DNA of 64,000 nt, taken from contig CAVTYW010000015.1 in the NCBI GenBank assembly GCA_963738955.1, positions 151,910-215,909 of the forward strand. The letters run 5' to 3'. Numbering within the stretch: the first letter of the stretch is position 1; each line of letters starts with the position of its first letter. Position numbers and translations under genes: made by a program. A model generated the notes under the pieces. It was not told the origin of the DNA. It ran no database searches and was given only the letters and a program-made list of their open reading frames with translations. This DNA comes from Pirellulales bacterium (GTDB lineage: Bacteria > Planctomycetota > Planctomycetia > Pirellulales > DATAWG01). Positions 18,168-29,765 of the stretch are shown here, one piece after another.

Positions 18168-19729
18168 CAATACTGTTCGGCACGCTATTTGAGCAGTTGA
18201 ATTAGCACGGCGGCAAGTGGTTCTTGGAATTCTTTCGAGCGGAAGGCCTGCGGGATTGGCAGGCGAGATGCGTGGAGGTGGCAGACGCCGCCAAGCCGCA
18301 AACGGCATTTCAGCGCAGCGTGAAGCGACTCGCGACGCGCTTGCAAGAGGCGGCCGAGCTCAACCGAGTCAGATTTTTTTCGCAGCCGCGTCGTGGGCCT
18401 TAAGTTTGGCCAGATGTGCCAGCAATTCTCCCTCGCTGGCCAGCCCCGTGAAGTAGTAGCAAATCATTTCGTAGGTGCGAAGCGTTGGTTTACGCCCGGT
18501 CCACAAACTGATCAACATGCAGGCGATGATTGCGCAGTAGGTTTGAATCTCGATCCCCTGTTGACTGTGGCTGAGCAAGTGCCGGCAACCCAGCACATGT
18601 TTGAAGAACCGAAAAAACGTTTCAATCGTCCAGCGATTCAGAAAAATCAAGGCGATCACTTCCGCGGGCACGTCGAGCAGGTTGGTCGCGATTCGCAGGA
18701 TGCCGTCGCTGTCGGGGCCGGTCGAGCCGCTGCGGTTTTTGCCGCGGCTGGTATGTGGGCTGATGCGAACGGTCACCAGGCGGATCGGGTGATCGGGCCG
18801 AGTCTCGGCCTTGCCGCTCTGTCCAATGCTGACGATCTGATCGCCGAGCACATTCAAAGCACGATCGGCGTCGGTGAGCAGACGCTGTTCCAAGATTTCA
18901 TAAACGCTGTTGTCGCGCAAGCGGCACACGTAGCTGCTGCCCGCCTTCACGATCTGATTGAACAGCAAGAACTTGGCATAGCCGCGGTCCATCACGTAGG
19001 TGCGATCCGCTTCGACGGTGCGCTCGAGCACGGCGCGCTCGTCGTACTGCGCCGCCGCCGTTGGGCGTCACGTCGATCCGCGTGGGCACGTAGCGATCCA
19101 CCTCGAAATGCGTGTGCAGCCGCCATTTGACCAGACCGCTGCCGGTGGAACGTTTCAGAAACGAGGCCTGCATTAACTTCGGCAGCACCGTGAGCAGAGA
19201 GCCATCGACGGCCGTCAAGGCGCCGGGCACGTCGCGGAGTCGGGGGTCGCGACCGAGCGGCTGTAGCTCGGCGCCCAACTCGGCGACAATTTCCTTCAGC
19301 CGCTCGGGATCAAACACGCTGGCCGCCTCGGAGAGCGAGCCCAGCGACGCTCGTGGGCAGCCCAGTTTCTTCTGCACCTTGGCCAATTCGCTGGCCTGCT
19401 GCAAGCCGCGCAGCGAAGTCACGACCGGATTGAACAAATACAGCAGAATCAACAGGCAGTGTTGATCGTAGTGCAATTGCCGGTTGCCAGCGCGATCGCG
19501 CGCGCAACCGTCATCGTGAAGCCGCTCCAGCAAGGGCGCGAGCTTGTCGAAATACTTCAGCCCGGTGATCTGCCGCTCCGTAATATCCTCGCGCCTCTTG
19601 CCCGCCATGGCGGCCTCCTGCCAAAATGACCGAAACAATCCGTGTCATCGCGCAGGGCGCAAATCTCGTGCCAAGGGTGAATGAAGTCGTGAAAATTCGC
19701 TGGCGCAAATCGCGTGCCGAACAGTATTG
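18168..19729 (-). mobile_element. IS4-family insertion sequence (~1.56 kb), transposase frameshifted
   Basis: 18-bp perfect terminal IRs: CAATACTGTTCGGCACGC at 18168-18185 and its reverse complement at 19712-19729, extending imperfectly to about 24 bp. The interior is a DDE transposase gene. No clean target duplication was recognised. Confidence 0.75.
18369..19608 (-). pseudogene. IS4-family DDE transposase, one frame break near 19040
   Basis: Track ORFs 18898..19638 (probable start MAGKRREDITERQ at 19608) and 18369..19031. The C-terminal NRWTIETFFRFFKHVLGC matches the IS4-type RWxIExxF motif. Confidence 0.75.
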
Positions 19730-19768
19730 GGACTGTCCCCTTTCGCCAAGCGGTTTTGTGACGGGTTT

Positions 19769-20287
19769 TTAGATGCGGGGATAATTGAACGCCATGGGAG
19801 ATGGCACATCGAGCATTTCTCGGCGGCGAACGACCCGGCTCCAAACCAAAATCGCCCCGGCGATCAAAACCAACAAACCGCCAACGGCCAAAAGCACGAC
19901 GACAAACGCGGGCAGGCGATGCTCCTTCGTTCCTCCGGTCGCCTTTTCGACCAAAGAGCTGCCCGAGGGCCCGGCATCGTCGGTAAGTTGTTGAGCCAAA
20001 TGAGCATCGCCGACGATCTGTTGGGCACCGTAGGTGCCATCCGAGTGCGAATGCCAGCGGTCGAGTTGATTGGTGGTTGACTTGCTATTTAGCAATTCGT
20101 CGAAGCTCTGAGTTCGTCGGCCACCATCCAACGGGCCCTGGGCAAACGCCGGAAGGCGCGAACAACCCACTGAAATCGCAATTCCGACGGCGGCCAACCA
20201 CGTCAACCGGTTGCGCCGCAATCGATTTCTGACACAATGTTTCCGTCCCCAACCACGATGAAGGCCGAATCGCCGAGCACAAATCAC
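19769..20287 (-). CDS. Hypothetical protein with C-terminal transmembrane anchor
   Basis: Track ORF only. It has a signal-like LTWLAAVGIAISVGCS and a TM segment AFVVVLLAVGGLLVLIAGAILVW. No family recognised. Confidence 0.4.
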   Translation of the reverse strand: MICARRFGLHRGWGRKHCVRNRLRRNRLTWLAAVGIAISVGCSRLPAFAQGPLDGGRRTQSFDELLNSKSTTNQLDRWHSHSDGTYGAQQIVGDAHLAQQLTDDAGPSGSSLVEKATGGTKEHRLPAFVVVLLAVGGLLVLIAGAILVWSRVVRRREMLDVPSPMAFNYPRI

Positions 20288-20566
20288 AAGCAGGCTCCTG
20301 AACTGTCGAATCCGAGGCGTTCTTGCCGGCTTTTGGCCAAACCTCTCAAGTTAACGCAATCGCACCAATGTAAACCAAATCGCGTCTGTGTCAACAAAAC
20401 TGTGATCCGCGGGATTTCGGTTTCACCAAAACGGTGAAACACTCCCCTTTAGTGGGTGGGATCCCAGTTCGATCCATCGGCGTTGACTCTCGCGCGGCTG
20501 ACCCCTACGATTCGGCGGTCCGACCGTCCGTCGGATCGGAGCGGAGCGGGGAACGAGGGCGCCGGC

Positions 20567-21265
20567 ATGTTGCGAAGATTTCGCATTCCATTAATCGTGG
20601 TCGGCATCTTGTTTCTGTTGCTGGCAGGCGGCGGCGTCTGGTTCTGGCTGGCCGTGCGCCATGTGCCGCATTTCTACGTCGATGCCTTGGCCATCGATCC
20701 GGTCGAATTGAAGCAGGATAGCGACAAGATGGTTCGTCGCGCCACCGCATTAACTAGCGATGTGCGCAAAGAAGGCCATTGGGACGCAGTGTTCACCGCC
20801 GACCAAATCAATGGTTGGCTGGCCGTCGACCGCGAGGAGAACCATCCGCAATTGATTCCGCACGAGTTTCACGACCCTCGGGTGGCGATCCACGACGGCC
20901 AGATCATCGTCGGCTGCCGCTATGAAGGGCGGCAAATGAGCACCGTGCTATCGCTCACCGCCGATGCCTATCTGCAACTGCCCAACGTGGTGGCGTTGCG
21001 GATTGAACGAGCCCGCGCCGGAGCGCTTCCCTTGCCGCTGAAGGACGTGACGGGCCAGTTGGTCGCGGCGTGCGAGAAACTGGGCTGCAAAGTGGAATTG
21101 CGCGAGATCGGAGCCGACCCCTTGTTGCTGCTCACTTTGCCGCTTCCGACCAACTCCGGTCGCGACGGCACGATTCGCGTGGAGACCGTGGAGCTTCGCG
21201 AGGGGGAGATTCATTTGGCTGGCGAAACGGTGCGGTCGGGCCACACGCGCCGTGTTGCCCCATGA
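20567..21265 (+). CDS. Hypothetical N-terminally membrane-anchored protein
   Basis: The ATG at 20567 gives MLRRFRIPLIVVGILFLLLAGGGVWFWLAV. It lies within track ORF 20456..21265. Confidence 0.5.
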   Translation: MLRRFRIPLIVVGILFLLLAGGGVWFWLAVRHVPHFYVDALAIDPVELKQDSDKMVRRATALTSDVRKEGHWDAVFTADQINGWLAVDREENHPQLIPHEFHDPRVAIHDGQIIVGCRYEGRQMSTVLSLTADAYLQLPNVVALRIERARAGALPLPLKDVTGQLVAACEKLGCKVELREIGADPLLLLTLPLPTNSGRDGTIRVETVELREGEIHLAGETVRSGHTRRVAP

Positions 21266-21684
21266 GCAGACGCACAAGCGGTGAAATCGGACCGTCCGAA
21301 GCGATGGGCCCTTTCCCCAAAAGGGGTTATGAATCGCCGACACGCCGATTGAATCGCCGGCTGACGGTGGATTGGCGGATTTCGTGGCCTAAAAAAATCG
21401 CTTTGCTTGGCCGCAACGAACGGTTATTATGGAGAGGTTGCGTCTGTTTGGTCTAAACTCACTGCGTTCTGCGGTGGGCTGTCGGGGATGACATAGGCCC
21501 AAACAATTCCGCCACAGGGGCGATGCCAAAGTTCGTCCTATGCGCGGTGCCTATAGCGATCCCAATTTCCGCGCCTCTTGCCTTCGGCATTCCGCAAGGA
21601 ATTCCGGCTGATTGCCAGCGGGTCGATCCACCTTTGTTCCTCCTCATCGAAACTTGAAAGCTTGCGGTTCGGAGCGCTAATCTG

Positions 21685-24600
21685 GTGTACCATCCTCGTT
21701 GGCTAATCCGAATTGTCGTGGCTTTGGCAATCGCATCATTCGGCGATCGAGCGCAAGCCTTGGTCGTCGCCGGCGGTCCAACGGCCAATACCACGTCCAG
21801 CGGATTCAATAGCGTCTTTTACAACGTCGGATACATTGGCAATGGGGCCGCCGTCTATTTGGGCGACGGCTGGATGCTGACGGCAAGCCATGTCAATGTG
21901 CCGCTCGAATCCGGAATATCCGCGGGCTTCAATATTCCGGGCCTCGGCAGCCAGTATTATCAGGTCGTAAACTCGGTCCGCATCACGAGCCAATCGGGCA
22001 GCTATCCCGGCACTCCCGACTTGCAACTCGTGCAACTGGCCCAGGCGCCGCCGCTCCCCTCGATCTTTCAAACGATTCCGACATCCAGTCCGCAAACCGG
22101 GACCGTGGCGACATTGGTTGGCGGCGGCAGAGCGAATGGTGGTCCTCTCTATTGGAACAACGCCACGTCGTCCAGCAGCACGATCAACCTCGGAAATTCG
22201 TCGACCACGGCCTTCGTCGGCACACCGAATCCCATTATATCCGACACCGTTTGGACCAACGGCACCATGCCGTCGGGCACTTATCAAGACGCTGGTTTCG
22301 CTTGGAACGGCGGCAGTGGGATTCAATGGGGCGAAAGTGTAATTAGTTTCGTGAAGAATCCGGCAGCCAGCCAGGACATCTACAATTCAAACACCTTCCT
22401 GACGACGTTTTACAACTCGACCTACGATCCGCCTGCCAATTCGGCCTGGGCGCCGAGCGTGGCCGCGATCGGCTCGAACATGGCCGCGGTGGCAAGTGGT
22501 GATTCCGGCGGGGCTGCCTTTGTCAACACGGCGTCCGGATGGCGCCTGGCGGGAATGCTGGCCTACGTTGACCAATACAGCCGCAGTCAGTCGGGCTCGC
22601 CGTATCCGTCAACGGCCTATGGCGATCTTTCGTTTTCCGTGGATTTGTCCACGTATCGCAACTCGATTTTGAGTGTGATCAACTCGACGGCCACTTGGAC
22701 CGGCCAGGCCGGCAATACCTGGGACACGACTTCCGCAAGCTGGGCTGACGCTGGGCATAAGGCGGCCACGACATTCACTTCCACGGCTAGCACCGGAAAC
22801 GCCATCTTCGGAAACTCCAACCCATTGCTCGGCATTCCGCTCAATTCGTCGCTCCAGTCGATCGTCGTTCAGCCGGGAGGCGTGTCCGCGGCTTCGATCA
22901 CGTTTACGAACACCGGCAGCGCCAATGGCGGCACCGATTATTTGATCGGCGGCGGCTCGATTTCAGGCAGTCCACTTCTAAGCGGAGTCAGCGGCATCCC
23001 GAGCAACAACAGCATTGTTCTCAGCGGCAATGGCAATGGCACGGGTGGTGCGGTCTTTCTGTCAGGCGCTAACAGCTTTACGGGCGGCGTGTTGGTTGGA
23101 GTTGGCCGATTGAATTTGCAAAACAGCCTCGCGCTTGGCAACTCCTCCGGCGTTACGGTTGACGCCGGTGCCGCTCTGGAATTGCAAAATAGCGGAAGTG
23201 CGGCAACGTTCGGTCAGACCGCCACGGGATCGGTTGGAATTGGGCTCACGTTGAACGGCAGCGGCATCGGAGGAACCGGTGCCCTCGACAATCTCTCGGG
23301 CAACAACACGTATGCCGGTCCGATCACGCTCGGCTCGCCCGTCACCATCGATTCGTCTTCGGCGAGCGGCCAATTGTCGCTCACCGGCGGCATTGCCACG
23401 GCCGGCAACGCATTGACGTTCATCGGTTCCGGCAACACCTCGATCAGCGGAAGCGGCGGAATCACGGGCGGCGGCACGTTGACCAAAGCGGGCAGCGGCA
23501 CGTTGACCCTCAATTTCGCCGGCGCTGGCTCGCCGGCAAGCAATCTCCTGGCGACGAATACCGCGCTGGCTGTCGGCGGCGGGACATTGCAAGTTAACGG
23601 AGCCAACAGCGGCAGCACCAACCAAACGGTCGCCAGTCTATCAATCAATTCCGGTTCCTCGGCGATCGTCGATACATCCAACGGCGTCAGTTCGAATTTC
23701 ATCGTCACTTCTGGAACTATCGGACGCGCCGTCGGCGGCACCGTTGACTTCACGCTTCCGGCAGCCGGCAGCATCAGTTTCACAACACCACCAACACAGA
23801 CCGGCGGGATTCTCAGCGGCTGGGCCACCGTCGGCGGGGCCAGTTGGGCCACGCTCGGCGGCAATGCTTTAGCGGCCTACGGCGGCGCGACACTCGTCAG
23901 TTCCGGTTCGCAAGCGATTTCCGGCGGCACGAACTACGACATCACTGGCAGCTTCGCAGCCTCTGGGGCTGCGAATAGCCTTCGATTCGTCAATGGCGTG
24001 ACGCCGGCGATCGTTACGCTCACTGGGGCGCTTCCCATTACGACCGGTGGAATTCTCGTTCCCGCGTCGGTCAGTTCCGCCACGACAATAACCGGTGGCA
24101 CGCTGCAGGGTGCCGGCGGCGCCGATCTGGTCGTCATTCAAAACAGCGCCTCGCCGCTCACTATCTCCTCGGCCATTGCCGACAACGGCTCTCCCACGGG
24201 CCTGACCAAATCGGGCAGCGGTGCGCTTACATTGACAAGCTCCAACGGCTACACCGGCCCAACGACGTTGAACGCCGGAACGCTCAACATCAACAACTCC
24301 GCGGCCCTGGGAGTCGGAAGCTTCGTCATCAACGGCGGCACGATCGACAATACGTCCGGCAACAACTCGATCATTACCACGAACGCTGAAACGTGGAACG
24401 GCAGCTTTGCTTACCAAGGGACGAATTCTCTCGGCCAGTCGACCGGCGCAGTCACGCTGTCCACAAGCCCCACGATCACAATCAGCAACGGCGGCACTCT
24501 TAGTATCGGCGGCGCCATCGGCGGTAATTTCGGTTTGACGCTCGCCGGCTCCGGCACGCTTTCGCTCAACGGCGCGAACACGTTCACCGGCGGCGTAACG

Positions 24601-27128
24601 ATCAACGGCGGCATGTTCCGCATTGGCAATTCAGCGGCACTAAACAGCAGCACGCCGAATACAGTCACTTTCGGGCCCACGAGCGCCGGCACGCTGAATC
24701 TCAATGGCAACAGCGTCAGCGTCGGCGGCTTGAGCTCGACGTCGGCGAATGCGATCGTTGAAGCGTCGGCTCCGTTAACGGCGGCTTCGGCAATGTTGAC
24801 CATCAACGGCATCGGCAATTACGCCTTTGCCGGCAGTATCACCAACGGCGGATTGGGTCCGCTATCGCTCGCAAAGTCCGGCTCGGGAACGCAGATTCTC
24901 AGCGGCCTGAATACTTACACCGGCGGCACGACGATTAACGGCGGCGTCTTGCAGTTCAATGCCGACGCCGATCTTCCGCCAGGATTGGCCAACACCACGG
25001 TCAATAGCGGCGGCACGATCGCGGCAGGCTCGGCCATCGACCAGCCTTTTCTCACGGCTGCCCACATCACGAGCAATTCGAGCGGAACCATTGCTCTGGC
25101 CGCCAATAGCGGGAACGCCCTCAACTTCGGCGGCCTCAGCGCCAGCCTCGGTTCGACAGGCAACTACGTCTACAGCGGCGCGTTGACGCCCAACGGCTCG
25201 ACCTACATTCTCGGCGGCGGCGGCGGGTTGCTCACGTTCAGTGGAATGCTCGGCGGCGCAAATTCGCTGACGGTTCAGAATGGCGGCAATGTGGCGCTCA
25301 CCGCGTCGAATTCCTATACCGGCGGCACGACGATCAACAGCGGCACGTCGCTTTTGATTTCCGCCGACGGCAGCGCCGGCGCCAACGCCGAACTTGGCCT
25401 CGTCCCTTCGTCCGCCAGTGCGAACATCACGATCAACGGCGGCACGCTCGTCGCCACTTCCAGCTTCACGCTCAACCCGAATCGCGGCATCGTTCTGGGA
25501 GCAACGGGCGGCGCGATCGACGTTGACGGGATCGTCAACTTGAACACGCTTATCTACGGCGGCGTCGTCAGCGGAACGAGCGGCGGAAGTCTCACGCTGA
25601 CCGACACCGGAACTCTCGTCCTTAGCGGCCCCAATAGCTACAACGGCGCCACGAACATCAATTCCGGCACACTGCGTGCCGGCGCCGTCAACACGCTGCC
25701 GCAAATGTCGGCCGTCGCGCTCGGTCTCGGCGGCACGCTGCAGCTCAACGGCTTCTCGCAAAGCATCGGTTCGCTGACCGGCGGCGGCATCGTGACGAAC
25801 AATAGCTCGACTTCCGTGACGCTCACCGTCGGCAACGACGGAACCAGCCCGGCCGCGTTCTACGGCGTGCTCTCCGACACGACGGCCAGCAATACCGGCA
25901 CTTTGGCTCTGACCAAAGTCGGCGACGGCATCCTGGCCCTCAGCGGCCTGAACACTTACAGCGGCGGCACGACGGTCAGCGACGGCACCTTGGCAACCGT
26001 CGGCGGCGGCACGCTTGGCTCCGGCTCGTTGAGAATCTCCGCGACCGACGGGGTCTTTTCGAACGTAAGCATCGGCGCGACGCAGAGCGTCAGCAGCCTG
26101 ACGAATTCGGCCACCGCCAATGGATTGGCGCTATTGAGCGTGGCCTCGGGCACGACTCTCACCTCGACCGGCCCGCTAACCAACACCGGCACGCTCAATA
26201 TCGGCGCTTCTGGCTATGCCGGCATGTTGATTATCGACGGAGCGTTGACGTTCAATGCCAATAGCAAATTGCAACTGACGACCGGCACGCTGGAGTTCAA
26301 CGTCACGAGCGGCGCCGCGACGGTTCAATCAGGCGTCACCGCGACCGTGGCCGCCGGCGCTACGTTGCAACTGGCCGGCACGGTGTCGGACCTCTCCAAT
26401 GGTTCGTCGGTCGTAAACATCACCAACAACGGATCGACCGCCAGCGGCGGCGGTTTGCTCGTCACCGGCACGAAACAGACCGTCGGCACGGTCGCGGGCA
26501 ATGCCACGACTTCAAGCGGAGCGACGACCTACGCCGGCGATACAGTCGTCGCCGCCGGCGCCAGCCTGACCGCAACCCAAATCCTGCAAAACACGCTCAC
26601 CATCGGCGCAGGCGCACGGTGACGATCCAACCGTCGGGCTCGGGCGTCGTCGCCCAGCCGATCGGTGCGGCAGCGACGAGTTTGACATCGGCGTCTACAT
26701 CCGCATCGTCGCGGGAAATCGTGCAGCTACAGAATCGGATCGCAATTCTCGAACAACTCCAGGCGAATGAGTCCGCTTCAACTGCCAATCCGCTCGACGA
26801 AAGCTCGCCGTCGCTAATCGGCGCGACCATGACCGATCCGGCCGGCAGCGTCGATCCAACCATCCTGGCCAGCGAAATTGCCGTACTGCTCGAGGCTGAA
26901 AACCGGCTGCTGGCGGAAAACGACAGCCTGTCGTTGGGAACTCCGAGCGGTTCGGCCGCATTTTCTTCGCCGGATTCGCCGTCTGGGGGAAATGCCGTGC
27001 CGGAGCCCTCGGGCCTGATTTTGGGCTTGTTCGCAGCCGGTTTGGCCGCCGCCTGGGCCATTCGGCGACTTTATTCGCACCACAAGCTGGACCCGGCCCG
27101 CGAGATTTGCAACAATAGGCTTGGCTAG
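21685..27128 (+). CDS. Giant secreted protein: trypsin-like serine protease domain + autotransporter-associated beta-strand (PATR) repeats + PEP-CTERM anchor; one frame break at 26619-26622
   Basis: Signal peptide MYHPRWLIRIVVALAIASFGDRAQA. Trypsin-like motifs WMLTASHV and SGDSGGAAF. Many repeats of the type G-S-G-T-L-T-L-x-G-x-N-T-Y-T-G-G-T-T-I-N-x-G-T-L. ORFs 21685..26622 and 26619..27128 overlap at GTGA and read through as ...TLTIGAGAR|VTIQPSGSG... The C-terminus is VPEPSGLILGLFAAGLAAAWAIRR. Confidence 0.8.
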
Positions 27129-27271
27129 CGCAGCCGCAACGGGACACCGAGCCACATGGCCGGCATTCGTCGGTGAAGCGACTCGGTTGCGGGTGTTGAG
27201 CGAGCCGGGCAAGGGCGGTTGACGGTCGGCCGATCTTATCTTTCCGACCCCAGCAAAGAGGAGAGACTGCG

Positions 27272-28240
27272 ATGACACGTTCAAGACTGGTTGGCTCGCG
27301 AACGACTCGTTCACGACGCGCGGCGTTTACGCTGGTGGAATTGCTGGTGGTGATCACGATCATCGGCATGTTGATGGCGCTGTTGCTGCCCGCGGTGAAC
27401 TCGGCTCGTGAAGCGGCTCGGCGCGTCGATTGTGCAAATCGCGAACGGCAAGTCGCCCAAGCGGCGCAGCTCTATCAAGCCGATCTCGGATCGTTCCCGG
27501 GCTATTGGATGGCCACCTCGGCCAGCAACGCCACTGGGGTCACCTGGCCGTTGATGCTTTCGAAATACATGGGCCGCCAAGATATTTGGAACACCTGGGT
27601 GAACGCGTCGAACGGCTCGAGCACCGCCAATCCAGCGACAGTATTCGGAACGATGTACTACGATCAGATGGTTTGCCCCAGCAATCCGCCGCTGACCAAT
27701 CAAGGACAATGGCAATCGTACGTCGTCAATTGTGGCCTCGCGACGAACAATACCAAGCCGGGCGACGGCGTTTGTTTCAATCAGCTAGCCAATCAGAATC
27801 CCGCGCCGCCGAAAACGTCGACCGACTCGTTGCAAGTCGGCAAGGGTGATTCGTACACCCTGTTTAATTCGGAGAATACGCTCGGAATCGTCTCCAATAA
27901 TTCCAGCGGATGGGCACAAACCACCGCCGCGGGCGCCCTGCAATACACCGGCTTCTGCTGGGTGGCGACGACCTCGCCCAATGCGGCTCAGCAGGTCAAC
28001 GGCGACAAAGCGAACGCCAGCCCGCCGATGTCCGGAGCGCAGTTGACCGACTACGCCCGGCCGGCGAGCAATCATCCGGGCGGAGCGAACGTCACGTTCT
28101 GCGACACGCACTATCATTTCCTCCGCCAGGATGTGCCCTACTACGTCTACCAGATGCTGATGTGCGCCAACCCGGCGATTTCCGACATCCCGTCGGGAGC
28201 GATCCCCAACGGGTATGTGCTGAGCGACGGCGATTATTGA
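27272..28240 (+). CDS. DUF1559 protein with prepilin-type N-terminal methylation motif (paralog 1)
   Basis: [37 protein letters not shown]. The C-terminal [16 protein letters not shown] has D-T where the family motif has D-G. AGAGGAG lies upstream. Confidence 0.85.
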   Translation: MTRSRLVGSRTTRSRRAAFTLVELLVVITIIGMLMALLLPAVNSAREAARRVDCANRERQVAQAAQLYQADLGSFPGYWMATSASNATGVTWPLMLSKYMGRQDIWNTWVNASNGSSTANPATVFGTMYYDQMVCPSNPPLTNQGQWQSYVVNCGLATNNTKPGDGVCFNQLANQNPAPPKTSTDSLQVGKGDSYTLFNSENTLGIVSNNSSGWAQTTAAGALQYTGFCWVATTSPNAAQQVNGDKANASPPMSGAQLTDYARPASNHPGGANVTFCDTHYHFLRQDVPYYVYQMLMCANPAISDIPSGAIPNGYVLSDGDY

Positions 28241-28320
28241 AATCGGGCGCGGTCGATCAAGCGATTCCATGTGCCGGTCGAGCATCCGCGGGCCGGCGCG
28301 CTCTGGCGTAAGAGGACGCT

Positions 28321-29229
28321 GTGATGCCATCTTCACGTCGTGCCGCGTTTACTTTCGTCGATTTGCTGATGGTGGTCTGCGTCATTGTCGTATTGCTGGC
28401 TCTGCTCTTGCCGGACTTGGCGAGCATCATGGATCGCGGCCGGCGGCTCGATTGCGAGAATCGCATGCGGCAAATCGGTGTCGCTACGAGCCTCTTTCAG
28501 ACCAATTTCCATTCGTTCCCCGGCTATTGGATGCCGACAAGCGCGACGAAACCGACCGGATCGACTTGGCCTCTGACGCTTGCCAAACAACTGGGGCGCG
28601 ACGATCTTTGGCATGCCTGGACCGAAGGAAACGGTCTCCCCGCGACCCTCTATTGGGACAACATGGTCTGCCCAAGTAATGCGCCAAAAAAGCTCGACGC
28701 CCATTGGCTTTCCTATGTCGTCAATTGCGGACTGTACAAGAACAATAAGAACATTGCCGACGGTGTCTGCTTCGATCAGCTTGCCAAGCCCGCGGGCCCG
28801 AAGACAACAAGCGACTCCTTGCGAGCCGGAAAAGGCAGCGCCAAGACGCTGTTCGCCACGGAGAACACTCTGGACATCGTCTCCGCGAACACCGACGGCT
28901 GGCTGCAAAAAACGTCGGCCGGCGCTCTGCAATTCACGGGCTTTTGCTGGCAAGCGGTGAACACACCGAACGCGGCCCAGCAGATCAACGTCGACAAGGC
29001 GAATCCAAAGCCGCCGCTGCCGAAGACGGCGCTAACCGACTATGCCCGTCCGGCGAGCAATCATCCCGGCGGAGTGAACGTCGTATTTTGCGACGGCCAC
29101 GTGCAGTTTCTTCGCGACGATGTGAAGTACAGCGTCTACCAATTGCTGATGGCCACCGATCCCAAGAAGGCCGATTTCCCGGCTGGGTCGGCGGCGATCG
29201 GATATACGTTGAAAGAGGGCGATTACTGA
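28321..29229 (+). CDS. DUF1559 protein with degenerate prepilin-type N-terminus (paralog 2, tandem duplicate)
   Basis: RRAAFTFVDLLMVVCVIVVLLALLLP. The C-terminal ASNHPGGVNVVFCDGHVQF carries H-X9-DG. It is collinear with paralog 1, for example in [15 protein letters not shown](Y/F)TGFCW, TPNAAQQ and [14 protein letters not shown]. Confidence 0.85.
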   Translation: MMPSSRRAAFTFVDLLMVVCVIVVLLALLLPDLASIMDRGRRLDCENRMRQIGVATSLFQTNFHSFPGYWMPTSATKPTGSTWPLTLAKQLGRDDLWHAWTEGNGLPATLYWDNMVCPSNAPKKLDAHWLSYVVNCGLYKNNKNIADGVCFDQLAKPAGPKTTSDSLRAGKGSAKTLFATENTLDIVSANTDGWLQKTSAGALQFTGFCWQAVNTPNAAQQINVDKANPKPPLPKTALTDYARPASNHPGGVNVVFCDGHVQFLRDDVKYSVYQLLMATDPKKADFPAGSAAIGYTLKEGDY

Positions 29230-29237
29230 CTAGCGGC

Positions 29238-29690
29238 CTACTTCTTGCCGAGCTGCCGCTGCTCGTGGAAGAATTGCGTGAGGATTTCTCCGCAATCCTT
29301 GACCAAGATTCCGCCGATCACGTCGGCTTGATGGTTGAGACGTCGATCGCCAAGTAATTGATAGAGCGTTTGCACTGCGCCGGCTTTCGGATCGGTCGCT
29401 CCGTAAACGACCAGCGGAATTCTCGCCTGCAAGATCGCGCCGGCGCACATGGCGCACGGCTCGAGCGTGACGTACAACGTGCAACCTTCCAATCGCCAAT
29501 CGCCCAACGCGCTGGCGGCTTGCGTGATGGCGATCATCTCGGCATGGGCCGTCGGATCGTGCAGCGTCTCGCGCTGATTGTGCGCCGCGGCAATGATCCG
29601 GCCGTCATGCACGATCACGGCCCCGACCGGCACTTCGTCGGCGGCCATGGCGCGGCGGGCCTGGTCGAGCGCAGCGCATGAAGAAATCAT
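29238..29690 (-). CDS. tadA: tRNA adenosine(34) deaminase
   Basis: [16 protein letters not shown] and [15 protein letters not shown] (the CDA zinc motifs HAE and PCxxC). The start is taken at ATG 29690. Track ORF 29238..29735 extends through the heptamer array. Confidence 0.85.
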   Translation of the reverse strand: MISSCAALDQARRAMAADEVPVGAVIVHDGRIIAAAHNQRETLHDPTAHAEMIAITQAASALGDWRLEGCTLYVTLEPCAMCAGAILQARIPLVVYGATDPKAGAVQTLYQLLGDRRLNHQADVIGGILVKDCGEILTQFFHEQRQLGKK

Positions 29691-29698
29691 GCGAAGCG

Positions 29699-29727
29699 GC
29701 GAGGGGCGAGGGGCGAGGGGCGAGGGG
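29699..29727. repeat. Heptamer tandem array CGAGGGG x4 (G4-type motif; CCCCTCG x4 on the tadA strand, ending 9 nt before its ATG)
   Basis: GGGG runs at 29703, 29710, 29717 and 29724, separated by CGA. Read directly. Confidence 0.9.
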
Positions 29728-29765
29728 ACGCGCAAGCGCGTCGCCCAGTCGGTCGTCGTTCATCG

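Noticed and set aside
21266-21684. Possible small RNA or tRNA in the 420-nt gap upstream of the giant gene, and in other gaps (5332-5776, 17987-18115, 20288-20566)
   Set aside because: I could not trace a cloverleaf or any known RNA motif by eye. Track ORF 21459..21809 (minus) has no family resemblance. This needs tRNAscan/Infernal to settle.
26600-26640. Programmed -1 ribosomal frameshift joining the two parts of the giant PEP-CTERM protein
   Set aside because: No slippery X-XXY-YYZ heptamer or downstream pseudoknot is evident at the GTGA overlap. Many other genes in the window show similar single-base breaks.
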